Shown: positions 1 to 9,958, counted from the stretch's first letter. The stretch: 64,000 bases of DNA from a bacterium (GCA_041640655.1 JBEPZV010000002.1:1-64000); one strand, 5' to 3'. Numbers and translations are program-made. The notes: generated from the sequence alone by a model not told the origin.

Positions 1-104
1 GGCTCCCCTCGAAGATACGGCGTTCGTCTGGCGGAAATCCGCTCTTCGACCGATTGCTCGATCTCGCGGAGCTGTTATGCTCTCAAGCGAACGCGGAGGT
101 GATC

Positions 105-929
105 ATGCGCAAGCGCATGCTGTGGCCAGCGATCTCAGGAGTCATGATCCTCGTGTCCCTCCCCATAGCCCCATGGGCGCAGACGGATGTCCACACGGTG
201 ACTTTCACGACGTCGTGCAAGAACTGTTGGCCGGGTTGGATCGAACTCGCCCGACCGGCCTGGGGCGTCGGACCGAGCGCTCAGAACGGACGAGGGTTCA
301 TCTTCATCAATGGCTTCGACGCCGATCCCATGCGCAACCGTCAACATCTGCAGCCGGCTCGCTCGATCGAGCGGACGCATGAGGCGACGGCGCTCTTCCA
401 GTTCAACAACGCGACGATCGGGGGAAAGCTGCCGCTGCTCACGGGCGGATTTGTGTGCCTGCGCGAAGCCGATGTCATCACAGCAGTAGCGAACGAGTTG
501 TTCATCGCCACGATTCGCGACACGGGCGATGCCTGGTACGGGGCCTTCATCGGTGACCTCACGGTTCTTGATCCCGACTTCGTCCCCGATGTGGAGGCGC
601 CCGCGCGGCAAAGCTATTCGACCATCGGACTGCTCCAGCGATCGGAGTCCGGGCTTGAACTCCTGACCGTGAAGGTGATCCCCTCTGTGCGACGCTTCGT
701 CCCGATCGCGCTCACGATCGCCCTTGATGAATCGGATCCGGACGTTCCGGTCCTGCGCGCCGACGTCGCCCTGGCCACAGGTGAGACCTATCGTCTCCAC
801 CATGCGCTTGATCCCGAGCGCCTCCTCACGATTGGTCGAGCCGGACTCATGTATATCACCGGCTCCGCTCGGCCCTGCACGACGCTCATTCAGCGAGAGC
901 TTGCCCTCCAAAGCTTCTCTTTCCGCTAG
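105..929 (+). CDS. Hypothetical secreted protein with N-terminal CxxC
   Basis: ATG at 105 after GGAGGTG RBS; signal peptide MRKRMLWPAISGVMILVSLPIAPWA-Q; CKNC motif; no recognised family. Confidence 0.65.
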   Translation: MRKRMLWPAISGVMILVSLPIAPWAQTDVHTVTFTTSCKNCWPGWIELARPAWGVGPSAQNGRGFIFINGFDADPMRNRQHLQPARSIERTHEATALFQFNNATIGGKLPLLTGGFVCLREADVITAVANELFIATIRDTGDAWYGAFIGDLTVLDPDFVPDVEAPARQSYSTIGLLQRSESGLELLTVKVIPSVRRFVPIALTIALDESDPDVPVLRADVALATGETYRLHHALDPERLLTIGRAGLMYITGSARPCTTLIQRELALQSFSFR

Positions 930-1023
930 GCGCGGCCGCCCGGCAAAGGATGCTGGCGTGAAGTGCCTCTGGCACGCTCGCTTGGAAATCGCGCCCTGCC
1001 CACGCGCCGACGATAAGAGCCCA

Positions 1024-3093
1024 TCATCTCCTGAGCTGGAAGCGCCCGCCCCCAACGTTCACAAGCGCCACCGGATCGCGCCGCGTGGCTCCCAGGATGG
1101 CGATGTCGAGCAACCCATCGTTATTGAAATCTCCATGGGTGATCGAGACGGGATCGGCCATCGCGCGTAGCAGCGCAAAGGGAGCAAACGCGCGCGAGTC
1201 CTTCATCATGACCAGAGACACCGTGCCCTCGGCGACGCTCACGATGGCGACTCCGGCGACGTTCCCGACGAACGTCCCACTCGCCATGGACAGAGGTGCT
1301 GACCCGACATGAACGTCTTGACGGAGGAATCGCCCTCGCTGCCCGCGAGAGAGCAGCAACGATACACTTCCGGCGTTCGCGTTCGCCGAGGCCACGTCCA
1401 CCCATCCATCTCCGTCGAAATCGGCAACGGCGAGAGCTAGCGGTCCCTCCTGCACAGCCAACGCCCCGACATCCGCGAATCTCCCGTGCCCATCGCCAGC
1501 GAGCAGGACGACATTGTCGGAAAGCGCATTGGCGACGACGAGATCGAGCGCGCCGTCCCGATTGAAATCGACCGCCACGAGAGCGCTCGGCCTCTCTCCG
1601 CTCAGAATCGGCACCGTCCGCGCTTGTGCCAGTTGCCCATCAGCCCGCCCGAAGAAAAGCGCAATGTCGTTGGATTCGCTATTCGCGACGGCGACATCCA
1701 AAAAACCGTCCCGATCGAAATCGCCCACGACGACCGAGCGCGGACGCTTCCCAATCACGGGGAGGTGAACGATCCGCCCGAACGTCCCATCGCCATTCCC
1801 GTAAGCGAGAGAGAGAGTATCGGACAACAGATTCGCCACGACCACATCCGTCCGCCCGTCCCGATTCACGTCGCCGACGGCGAGCGCCACGGGGCCATCC
1901 CCAACCGTATAGCTCTTGAACCGACGGAACGTCCCGTCGCCACGCCCGAGATAGACGACGAGCTGGTCGTTCTCGAAATCAGCGACGACCAGGCCGAGAT
2001 GAGGCTCGGGCTGGGCAATCCCCTGATCGGCGAGAGCGACCTGGAGAGAGGCGACGAAGGAGATGCTCGCGATCGCCGGCGCTTCTCCGCTCAACGTGGC
2101 CGCCACAGCCTTGCACTGCGGACCAATGGAAGGAGCAATCAGCCAGGGTGCGAACGCCACCCCTTCGGCCACGGGATCGCCACTGCCGAAGCCAATGCCC
2201 GACGGCCCGCGTACATCGCCCCACCAGTTGTATCGCGCATCCATGACGATGGGCCCGTCCACCGTCGCCCCGATCTCATTATTCGCGACGTTATTGCAGT
2301 GGAAGGCAGACCCCGTTGCCGGAAGAGCGGCAATGGACTTCAAGAAGAGGCCGACCTCACAGTCCTCCACCGTATTGCCTGCGACGATCGCGTTCGGCAC
2401 GCGATCGACCGCGATCCCGTTCCCCATGATCTCCCGCACCCGGTTGCGACGAACGATCGTGCCTGAAGCCGCATTGTTGCTCGCAACGCTCACAACGAGA
2501 ATCCCGTTGTTGTGAACATTGACGACCCAATTGCCCTCGATGACGTCATCCTCGGCCACGCCGTTTCCGACACCTCCCCCTCGCACAAGGATCCCCGAAT
2601 CGCTCTGCGTCGTCACTCCCCGACCTCTCACGAGATTGTTGGACACCCGGACGTCATCCCCCTGAACGAAAATGCCTCGATGCACATGAGCATGGCCACT
2701 TCCCGTCACGTCCTCGACGACGAATCCTTGGAAGGTCACGCCATCGCCTGTGATGCGAACGGCGGCCGGTGTGAGCTCGGTGGGCCGAATGACGGTATCG
2801 GGCGTATGATCAACGGCCGAACCGTCGAAGGAGCGCACGGTCAGGTTGTTCGTGTTAATCGTCACCTGCTCGACATACACGCCCGGACAGACGAGGATCG
2901 TATCGCCCGAAGCAGCCGCTCCAATGGCCGTTTGGATGCTCATGTAGGCCGGTGCCGAGGCGTCGCAATTCGCCGCCGTGGCTTGACCGTCATCGTCTAC
3001 GACCAGGAGGCTCGCGCTTCGCGTCGCCGGACTCCGCACGAAGGCGACGACGGCGATACCGACGATGAAGATCGAGAGGATTTTGCTCCGCAT
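1024..3093 (-). CDS. Secreted right-handed beta-helix (NosD/pectin-lyase-like) plus FG-GAP repeat protein
   Basis: Signal peptide; GDTILVCPGVYVE and repeated N-x-I/V beta-helix coils; multiple GDFNxDGxxD-V/L FG-GAP repeats in the C-terminal half. Confidence 0.85.
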   Translation of the reverse strand: MRSKILSIFIVGIAVVAFVRSPATRSASLLVVDDDGQATAANCDASAPAYMSIQTAIGAAASGDTILVCPGVYVEQVTINTNNLTVRSFDGSAVDHTPDTVIRPTELTPAAVRITGDGVTFQGFVVEDVTGSGHAHVHRGIFVQGDDVRVSNNLVRGRGVTTQSDSGILVRGGGVGNGVAEDDVIEGNWVVNVHNNGILVVSVASNNAASGTIVRRNRVREIMGNGIAVDRVPNAIVAGNTVEDCEVGLFLKSIAALPATGSAFHCNNVANNEIGATVDGPIVMDARYNWWGDVRGPSGIGFGSGDPVAEGVAFAPWLIAPSIGPQCKAVAATLSGEAPAIASISFVASLQVALADQGIAQPEPHLGLVVADFENDQLVVYLGRGDGTFRRFKSYTVGDGPVALAVGDVNRDGRTDVVVANLLSDTLSLAYGNGDGTFGRIVHLPVIGKRPRSVVVGDFDRDGFLDVAVANSESNDIALFFGRADGQLAQARTVPILSGERPSALVAVDFNRDGALDLVVANALSDNVVLLAGDGHGRFADVGALAVQEGPLALAVADFDGDGWVDVASANANAGSVSLLLSRGQRGRFLRQDVHVGSAPLSMASGTFVGNVAGVAIVSVAEGTVSLVMMKDSRAFAPFALLRAMADPVSITHGDFNNDGLLDIAILGATRRDPVALVNVGGGRFQLRR

Positions 3094-3260
3094 GGCCGAT
3101 TACCCTCCTCGCTGGAAATCTGGGACACCCCTCCAGGTGTGAAGAGAACATCGCCCCTCTTGTCGGATCAAAGGTACATACCCCATCCTCGCCGTGACGG
3201 CACGCATGATAGCAAAGGAGGGCGATTCGACGCAAGATACGCGCGAACTCGGCCGCACGC

Positions 3261-4136
3261 TCACGCGGAGGCGCGCTCTGACGCGGTGTAGAGCCTTCGC
3301 CATCGGTGGAGGCCCAGGAGAGCAGCCCCCACGGCGCAGACGAATTCGCATTCCGGAGGGACACGCACGGGGAGGCCGAGGCGCTCCTCGAGCGCGGCGA
3401 TCATGCCGCGCTGTCGGGCGACACCCCCGATGAAGACGATACCGGCAGAGGCGCCCGGCTGAACGCTTCCACCGCTTCCATCGCCGATCCCTACGCGCCG
3501 CAGCAGGAGGACGGCGCGATCGGCGAGCGAGTTATGAATCCCGCGCACGATGTCCTCGATGGCGGCTCCCGCGCTCACGTGATTGATGATCTCCGTCTCG
3601 GCCAGGACGGCGCAGACACTGCTGATCGGCTGCGGGCGCGTGGCGCGCAGCGAGAGCTCGCCGATCTCCTCCAGCTCGACCTGCAGATACTTCGCCGCGC
3701 GCATGAGGAAGCTGCCCGAGCCGGCCGCGCACTTCTCATTCATCTTGAAGGCGCCGACCTTGCCGCGCGCGTCCAACCGAATGGCGCGCGTGGATTGATT
3801 CCCGATGTCGAGCACGGCCATCGCCCCGGGGAAGAACCACACGGCGCCGCGCGCGCCGCTAGTGATCTCCGTGATCTGAATATCCCGCCATCCGATCGCA
3901 TAACGCCCGAATCCCGTCGCCGCCACGTAGACGACTTCGCGCCGATCTCGCCCTGCGGCCTGCAGGGCCTGATCGAGCGCGCGCTCAGCCGCCTCCTCCA
4001 ACTGCGCCCCCGTTCTCACGATCCCCCGACCGAGGAGGCGCGCCCCCTTCGGAGCGTCCCCGCCTCCGTCTTCGACGTCCATGAGAACGGCTTTGGTGAA
4101 ACCGGTGCCTATATCAATGCCCGCGATGCACGACAT
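3261..4136 (-). CDS. bcrD: Acyl-CoA dehydratase activase / benzoyl-CoA reductase ATPase subunit (BcrD-like)
   Basis: GIDIGTGFTK, ATGFGR, MNEKCAAGSG and SSVCAVLAE motifs (ASKHA ATPase with 4Fe-4S Cys); ATG at 4136 with RBS. Confidence 0.75.
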   Translation of the reverse strand: MSCIAGIDIGTGFTKAVLMDVEDGGGDAPKGARLLGRGIVRTGAQLEEAAERALDQALQAAGRDRREVVYVAATGFGRYAIGWRDIQITEITSGARGAVWFFPGAMAVLDIGNQSTRAIRLDARGKVGAFKMNEKCAAGSGSFLMRAAKYLQVELEEIGELSLRATRPQPISSVCAVLAETEIINHVSAGAAIEDIVRGIHNSLADRAVLLLRRVGIGDGSGGSVQPGASAGIVFIGGVARQRGMIAALEERLGLPVRVPPECEFVCAVGAALLGLHRWRRLYTASERASA

Positions 4137-4149
4137 ACCCTCCACCTCC

Positions 4150-4983
4150 TCAGCCGTGCCCTCTCAGCGCGGGGTTCCCTTCCGAGCGATGCTCCATCCG
4201 CTCCAGAGCGAAGAGCGCGGCACCGAGCGCGCCCATGAAATGAGATTCCGGACTCACGTGGATGGGGAGCCCGAGGATCTCTTCCAGGGCCCTCACCATC
4301 CCGATGTTACGGGCGACTCCGCCGGTGAACGTCACAGCGGGCTCGATCGGGATGCGCCGCGCCAGACTGATCGTCCGCCGAGCGATCGCCAGATGCACGC
4401 CGCGCAAGATATCCTCCGGGCGTCGCCCCTGGGCGAGATAGGAGAGGATGTCCGACTCGACGAAGACCGTGCACACGGTCGTGAGTTTGACCGGGTCAGT
4501 CGCCCGCAGCGAGAGGGGGCCGATCTCCTCCAGACTGAGTCCCAGGACCTCGGCGGCATTGGCGAGGAAGCGCCCCGTTCCGGCCGCGCACTTGTCGTTC
4601 ATGACGAAATCCCGAACATCGCCCTCCGGACCCACGCGAATCACCTTGGCGTCTTGCCCACCGATGTCAATCACCGTGCGCGTCTCCGGGAAGATGAAGT
4701 GCGCGCCGCGCGCGTGACAACTGATCTCGGTCACCTGCGCGTGACCGAAAGCGATCCGATATCGGCCGTAGCCGGTCCCCACGACCATGCCGATCTCGCG
4801 GGGATCGAGCCCGGCTTCCCGACAGGCGGCCTGAAACGCGCATTCGGCCGCGCGCGCGACATTGGCGCCGGTGTCCACCACAGCGCGGGCCATAATGCGC
4901 GGGGACGCTGAGGGTCTCTCCTCGGCGAGAATCACGGCTTTCGTCTGCGTCGAACCGACATCCACTCCCGCCACACATCGCAT
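4150..4983 (-). CDS. Acyl-CoA dehydratase activase / short benzoyl-CoA reductase ATPase subunit (BcrA/BzdQ-like)
   Basis: GVDVGSTQTK, GTGYGR, EISCHARGA, MNDKCAAGTG and CTVFVES motifs; only 277 aa. Confidence 0.8.
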   Translation of the reverse strand: MRCVAGVDVGSTQTKAVILAEERPSASPRIMARAVVDTGANVARAAECAFQAACREAGLDPREIGMVVGTGYGRYRIAFGHAQVTEISCHARGAHFIFPETRTVIDIGGQDAKVIRVGPEGDVRDFVMNDKCAAGTGRFLANAAEVLGLSLEEIGPLSLRATDPVKLTTVCTVFVESDILSYLAQGRRPEDILRGVHLAIARRTISLARRIPIEPAVTFTGGVARNIGMVRALEEILGLPIHVSPESHFMGALGAALFALERMEHRSEGNPALRGHG

Positions 4984-5009
4984 AGCTGCACCTCTTCCCC
5001 GGCGCGGGA

Positions 5010-6272
5010 TCAGACGGCGATCCTCCGCTGACCCGCGCGCTGGTGTCGCTCCAGTGCTTCGAAGAAGGCGTCCACGCGATTCCGAATCTGCGCCTCGGCG
5101 AAATACCGCGGATCTTCCAAGTCCGATTCGATGTAAAGCGTGGGCACGCCGAGCGCCCTCGTGAGGTACTCGCGCATATCGCCCTGACCGGCCGAGAACA
5201 ACCGACAGCTCTTGACGAAGTGGATGATCACGCCGTCGGCGCGCCAGTCCTCGACGTAGCGCCGGATCTGATCGTACCGCTGGAGATAATTCCGATTCGT
5301 GAGGTTGTGCGCGAGCATGTGGAGGGCGACCGTCTCGAACGGCCGATCCGGATCATGGCGGAAGCCGAATTCCCAAATCCCCCCCACGGTCGAATATGTG
5401 GAGGCGACAGCCGTCGCGCGCCAGCGGGCGAACATATCGCGGAAGGCGCGGAAGTAGGGATAGGGCGGGGGGCCTTCGACGACGACGCGGAAGCGCTCGC
5501 ACTCGTAGACGCCCTCGCCGCGCGCGGCCTTCGCCTCCAGCTCCGCGAGGGCGCGCTCGAAGAACTCCACGCCCTCCGGCGTCGCGCGGTAGACGTAGAG
5601 TGGCCCCATGAGCGTGATGGCGTCGAAATAGGCATCAAAGGGCGATGGCTCGCGCCGCGCCAGATGCTTGATGCGCGACCACAAGTCCTCGACCCGCTGC
5701 GAACAGCGCACGGCGTCGCGAAACCGATCCAGGTCGAAGCGCAATCCCGTGAGGGCTTCGATCCGGTGCACCAGCTCTTTGAGTTGCGCGACGACGTAGG
5801 CGATGTCGGCCGGGCTCGGCTCCTCGCCGCGCAGAAACGGCACGTCCAGGACGTAGAGCGGCGCGTCCAGGAACGCCGCCACATGCTCGAACCACTTGAT
5901 GTAGGTGTTGCACCCGACGAAGTTGCACAGCACGAGCGCCGGACGCGGCAGCCGTCCTCCGCTCGGCGTCAGCCCCATCAGATACGCCCCGATGTCGGCC
6001 TTCACATAGGCGCAATTATCCGTCGCGTAGCCCAACTCCTCGGCTGCGAGGATCGGTCCCAGCGACTGATGCCGGATGGCCAACTGCAGAGCGTTCACCT
6101 CCGGGTAGATGGGCACGATCCCGAAGGCCTCCAGCAGTTCCACACAATTGCCCGAGATCATCAGACAGATGGCCGGCGGCCATCCCGTCCGCGCCGATTC
6201 GTCCAATCGCGCGTACCACCGCTGCATCAGCTCCTTCTGCCGCTGATGAATCCATCCGCGATACTCGGTCAT
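5010..6272 (-). CDS. bcrB: Benzoyl-CoA reductase subunit B-like (HgdA/B dehydratase family)
   Basis: PEVNALQ, CAYVKADIG, GCNTYIKWFE, VKSCRLFSAGQ and ESDLEDPRYF motifs as in BcrB/BadE. Confidence 0.8.
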   Translation of the reverse strand: MTEYRGWIHQRQKELMQRWYARLDESARTGWPPAICLMISGNCVELLEAFGIVPIYPEVNALQLAIRHQSLGPILAAEELGYATDNCAYVKADIGAYLMGLTPSGGRLPRPALVLCNFVGCNTYIKWFEHVAAFLDAPLYVLDVPFLRGEEPSPADIAYVVAQLKELVHRIEALTGLRFDLDRFRDAVRCSQRVEDLWSRIKHLARREPSPFDAYFDAITLMGPLYVYRATPEGVEFFERALAELEAKAARGEGVYECERFRVVVEGPPPYPYFRAFRDMFARWRATAVASTYSTVGGIWEFGFRHDPDRPFETVALHMLAHNLTNRNYLQRYDQIRRYVEDWRADGVIIHFVKSCRLFSAGQGDMREYLTRALGVPTLYIESDLEDPRYFAEAQIRNRVDAFFEALERHQRAGQRRIAV

Positions 6273-6288
6273 CGCGTCCTCCCCCCGC

Positions 6289-7437
6289 TCAATCGAAGAG
6301 CAGGGATTCGACGAACGTCTCCACCTCAGTCTGCAGACGCTCGAACGTGTACATCTTCTCCTCGAATTCGAGGAGGAGATGTGGGATGCCCGCGCGCTCC
6401 AACTCCCGCTTGAAGAGGACGTAATCGAAGTACGCGGGCTCGCAGAACTTGGCGATGAGGAAGATCACCGCCTGCGCTCGACGCGCGCGCACCTTCTCCA
6501 GGAGCGCGCGGCATCGCGGATACCGCCAATCGTGGCGCACCGACGAAGCGACGGAGCGATCGAGATAGCTCTCGGCGAGCGCCTGCAGGGGATCCCCGTT
6601 CACGGGGACGTCCTCTCGAAACCAGCGTCGTCCCAGCGTGAGATCCTCATCCACGATGTAGCAGCCGGCGTCCTCCAGGAGCCGAATCACGCCCAGTGGC
6701 GGCTGCTCGCAAAAGGCGCTCTCGAGGACGACGCGGATGGAATCGCGGGGCTTCACCTGGCGTCGGGCGAAGCCCTCGCGCGCCTCCCGCAAGAGCGCCG
6801 TGTGCTCCTCGACGGGCAGAACGTCTCCGGCACGGACCAGCACATACAACTCCCACGCGCGGATGCGATGCGGCTCCTCCGCCCGCCATTCATAGAGCGC
6901 GCGAATCAACCGCCGATTCTCGTTGTAGCGCGCGATCATCTCCCGGATTCGCTCCTCCTCGATCCTCCTCCCGGCCAGACGCTCCAGCTCCGCCTTCAAG
7001 CGCGCATATTCGCTTCGGAGGAACGCGCGACTGGAGGCCGATTCCGGATTGTGCGGCAAATGCAGGAAGTCCACGTAGAGCTCGGGGAAGTTCCGTTTCA
7101 GGACGAAGCAGAGGTTCCGCGCCGAATCGCAAATCGAGGAGAAGAGCACGCCATCGAAGGGGGCAAGATGGCCCGTCAACCCCAGCTCCAACGTCGTCTT
7201 CACAATCGAGCAGATGAAGGACCCGAATCGCGCGTCCGCATGTTGAATCTCCAACCGATCCCCCGCTCCACGCAATCCGACTGGGAGCATGCCGGCGGCG
7301 GCGATCACTTCCACCGGGGCGTAGACCGGGAAATACGCGATGGCCTTCCCCTCCGGATGCTCCGCCTTCCACCGACGCACGGTCGGGAAGCTCACATCTC
7401 GGACGATCTCCGCACAGCGACGGATCAGCGCCTCCAT
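6289..7437 (-). CDS. bcrC: Benzoyl-CoA reductase subunit C-like
   Basis: WKAEHPEGKAIAYFPVYAPVEVIAAAGMLP, SFICSI, SICDSARNL, FCEQPP and KFCEPA match the BcrC/BadD pattern. Confidence 0.82.
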   Translation of the reverse strand: MEALIRRCAEIVRDVSFPTVRRWKAEHPEGKAIAYFPVYAPVEVIAAAGMLPVGLRGAGDRLEIQHADARFGSFICSIVKTTLELGLTGHLAPFDGVLFSSICDSARNLCFVLKRNFPELYVDFLHLPHNPESASSRAFLRSEYARLKAELERLAGRRIEEERIREMIARYNENRRLIRALYEWRAEEPHRIRAWELYVLVRAGDVLPVEEHTALLREAREGFARRQVKPRDSIRVVLESAFCEQPPLGVIRLLEDAGCYIVDEDLTLGRRWFREDVPVNGDPLQALAESYLDRSVASSVRHDWRYPRCRALLEKVRARRAQAVIFLIAKFCEPAYFDYVLFKRELERAGIPHLLLEFEEKMYTFERLQTEVETFVESLLFD

Positions 7438-7456
7438 CGTGATCCCCCTCGACGAC

Positions 7457-8230
7457 TCATCCGACCATCGTCAAGCCACCACTGACGCTGATCACCTGAC
7501 CCGTGATGTACCGCGCGGCCTCTGAGGCGAGGAAGACGACCAGGGGCGCCACGTCCTCCGGCCGGCCCAAGCGCTTGAGTGGAATGTATCCGGTCATGGC
7601 ACCGAGGATCTTCCGCGCGAACTCATCCTGCTGCATCTCCTCGATGAGCGGTGTCTCCGTCGGCCCCGGACAGACGACATTGACGCGGATCTGATCGCGC
7701 GCGTGCTCGCGCGCCAGCGTCTTGGAGAAAGCGATGACGGCCGCCTTCGCTCCGGCGTAGATCGCCTCGCCGAGCGAACCGACGCGCGCTGCATCCGAGC
7801 TGATGTTCACAATGCTCCCCTGCCGACGCGCGACCATGTGCGGCAAGACGACGTAACAGGTGTGGATGACGCCCCGATAGTTGATCGCGATGATCTTCTC
7901 CCACAGCTCCGGCGTCGTTTGCAAGAAGGGGACGATCCGATCCCATCCCGCGTTATTCACGAGGACGTCAATGGCTCCGAGCTGATGCCACACCTGTTCG
8001 CAGCCGCGCTGCACGGATTCGAGCGAGGTCACATCCATCGGCACGGCGAGGATCGTGCGTCCGGTCGCCTCGGCGATCTCGCGCGCCGTCGCCTCGGCAT
8101 CCTCCTGTCGGATATCGGCGAGGGCGACATCAGCCCCCACCTCGGCGAAGGCCCGCACGATCGCCCGGCCAATCCCGCGCGCCCCTCCCGTGACGAGCAC
8201 CACTTTTCCCACGAAATCGCGTTCGCTCAT
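7457..8230 (-). CDS. badH: SDR oxidoreductase, 2-hydroxycyclohexanecarboxyl-CoA dehydrogenase (BadH)-like
   Basis: TGGARGIG, NNAGWD, SSDAARVGSLGEAIYAGAK, VCPGPTETPL, ISVSGGLTM; ATG at 8230 with RBS. Confidence 0.72.
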   Translation of the reverse strand: MSERDFVGKVVLVTGGARGIGRAIVRAFAEVGADVALADIRQEDAEATAREIAEATGRTILAVPMDVTSLESVQRGCEQVWHQLGAIDVLVNNAGWDRIVPFLQTTPELWEKIIAINYRGVIHTCYVVLPHMVARRQGSIVNISSDAARVGSLGEAIYAGAKAAVIAFSKTLAREHARDQIRVNVVCPGPTETPLIEEMQQDEFARKILGAMTGYIPLKRLGRPEDVAPLVVFLASEAARYITGQVISVSGGLTMVG

Positions 8231-8258
8231 TGCTCTCCCCCTCTCTGAACGGCGGTTC

Positions 8259-9155
8259 TCATGCCGCTTCTGGCGCCGGCTGCGCGCGCAACGTCGCCTC
8301 CTCAAGCTTGAAGAGCTTGAGGGCGTTCTCGCGTAGGAGCTTGCGCTTCGCCTCCGGCTTCAATCCCAGCTCGTTCAATTGCTGGAGATTCTCCTTCCAC
8401 GGCAGACCATTGGTCCCCCATAGACAGCGATCCTGCCCGAGACGGCTGTTGATGAACTGAATGAGCTCCGGCTTGAGATACTTCGGCATCCACGCATCAA
8501 TCCCCAACCACACGTTCTCCCACTTGTAGCAGACCGAGATCAGCTCCTCGACCCAAGGCCACCCCGTATGCGCCCCGATGATCTTCAACTCGGGGAAGTC
8601 GCATGCGACGCGATCCAGATAGATCGGCCGGCCGCAGTCGCTCGGCATCGCCTCCAGGACGTGCCCGACCTGCAAGGCGACGGGGATGTCCAGCTCCACG
8701 CACTTGGCGTAGAGCGGGTACATCTTCCGGTCATGAATCGGGATGTCGAAACCGTAAATGTGGACGTAGACGCCTCGGAAGCCGTATTCTCTCACGGCGA
8801 TCTCGATCTCGCGCAAACTCTCGGTGATGCGATAGGGGTTGTAGCCGGCCAGGCCCACGAATCGGTCCGGATACCGCTGCGTGTACTGCAGGACCTCCTC
8901 AAGTCGCGTATCCATGTACATCCACTTGCGCCAGTAGGACCACATCTTGCACTGCGCGATGAAGACGCGCTCGACGCCTGCCTCGTCCATCTGTCGGATC
9001 ATCTCCTCGATGGAGTCATACGCGGGAAGCCCGCCGATGGCGCGCTCCATGCGACAGACGAGTTCCCCCTCCTTGGCGCGATTCCAGCGCTCGATGAATT
9101 CGCGCGTCGCGACGTAGTACATGCAATCAATGGCCTTCACCTCGTCGGTCATCAT
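8259..9155 (-). CDS. Amidohydrolase_2 family metal-dependent hydrolase
   Basis: YPDRFVGLA, YPLYAKCVELDIPV, FPELKIIGAHTGWPW and LRENALKLF motifs. Confidence 0.85.
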   Translation of the reverse strand: MMTDEVKAIDCMYYVATREFIERWNRAKEGELVCRMERAIGGLPAYDSIEEMIRQMDEAGVERVFIAQCKMWSYWRKWMYMDTRLEEVLQYTQRYPDRFVGLAGYNPYRITESLREIEIAVREYGFRGVYVHIYGFDIPIHDRKMYPLYAKCVELDIPVALQVGHVLEAMPSDCGRPIYLDRVACDFPELKIIGAHTGWPWVEELISVCYKWENVWLGIDAWMPKYLKPELIQFINSRLGQDRCLWGTNGLPWKENLQQLNELGLKPEAKRKLLRENALKLFKLEEATLRAQPAPEAA

Positions 9156-9191
9156 CGCTCTTCCTCCTTGTGATCGCGCGCGCTCGGCCCC

Positions 9192-9653
9192 TCACAGGTT
9201 CTTCTCCAACTCGATGAAGGGGCCGCGATCGAACCCCATGGCGGTGAAGAACGAGAGCACATCGCCGTCGGCCCATCCGACCACGGTGCGCACGCTGCGC
9301 AGACCGCGCTCGCGAAAATGTTCGAGGGCCTCGGCCAAGAGCCGCCGGCCGATCCCCTGACGGCGATAGTCTGGATCCACCATGAGGACCGTGATCCATC
9401 CCGTCGGCGGGAGATGAAATTCCCAGCTCCGCACCTCGCCCACCAAGACGCCGACGATCCGACCATTGACCTCAGCCACGCGGGCCAAAGGCGCATCTCC
9501 AACAGGGGGCGCGCTCCCCAGCCCCAGCTTGCGCCGCCAAAACTCGGGCTTCGCTTCGCCCGTCACGCGCGCATCCAAGGCGATGATCGCCTCCACATCC
9601 TCCGCGCGCGGCGATCGGGTGAGCACGCCCGCCGGCCTCTTTCGTCCAGACAC
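9192..9653 (-). CDS. GNAT N-acetyltransferase (BadL-like genomic context)
   Basis: VDPDYRRQGIG acetyl-CoA motif A; GTG start at 9653 chosen because it lies downstream of the sigma-54 promoter and has GAGG upstream. Confidence 0.8.
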   Translation of the reverse strand: MSGRKRPAGVLTRSPRAEDVEAIIALDARVTGEAKPEFWRRKLGLGSAPPVGDAPLARVAEVNGRIVGVLVGEVRSWEFHLPPTGWITVLMVDPDYRRQGIGRRLLAEALEHFRERGLRSVRTVVGWADGDVLSFFTAMGFDRGPFIELEKNL

Positions 9654-9705
9654 TCGCCTCGGTTTTCGCACGCTCGCGCTCTCCACCAGAGCCGGAATTT
9701 CCTCT

Positions 9706-9721
9706 TGCAATCCGCGTGCCC
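9706..9721 (-). promoter_or_regulatory. Sigma-54 (-24/-12) promoter for the GNAT-bcr operon
   Basis: Minus strand GGGCACGCGGATTGCA: GG-N10-GC with GGCAC and TTGCA consensus blocks. Confidence 0.75.
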
Positions 9722-9942
9722 AGATCTCGGGTGAGACACCCCGCGAGACGACAGAAGAACGAACGCCAGAGGCGGCAAACACTTCGCGTCTTCGCGCGAG
9801 ACGCGGATCGAGAACGCACCGGACGCTCCTCTGGTCACTTCGGTCACCGAGCGCGAGGCCGATGTTCCCTATCGGACGAGGAAGGCCTGGCCCTCCCGCG
9901 ACTTCTCGCGCGACAGCACAGGCACACCCCTTTGCTCACCAG

Positions 9943-9958
9943 GTGCCACATGTGACAC
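9943..9958. promoter_or_regulatory. Candidate enhancer (UAS) palindrome
   Basis: GTGCCACATGTGACAC, 14/16 dyad symmetry, about 220 bp upstream of the sigma-54 promoter. Confidence 0.45.

Noticed and set aside
970..986. TGGCACGCTCGCTTGG sigma-54-like site
   Set aside because: No GC at -12, and it lies between convergent gene ends
9921..9936. GGCACACCCCTTTGCT as a plus-strand sigma-54 promoter
   Set aside because: GG-to-GC spacing is 11 rather than the obligatory 10, and it points into the 3' end of an opposite-strand gene
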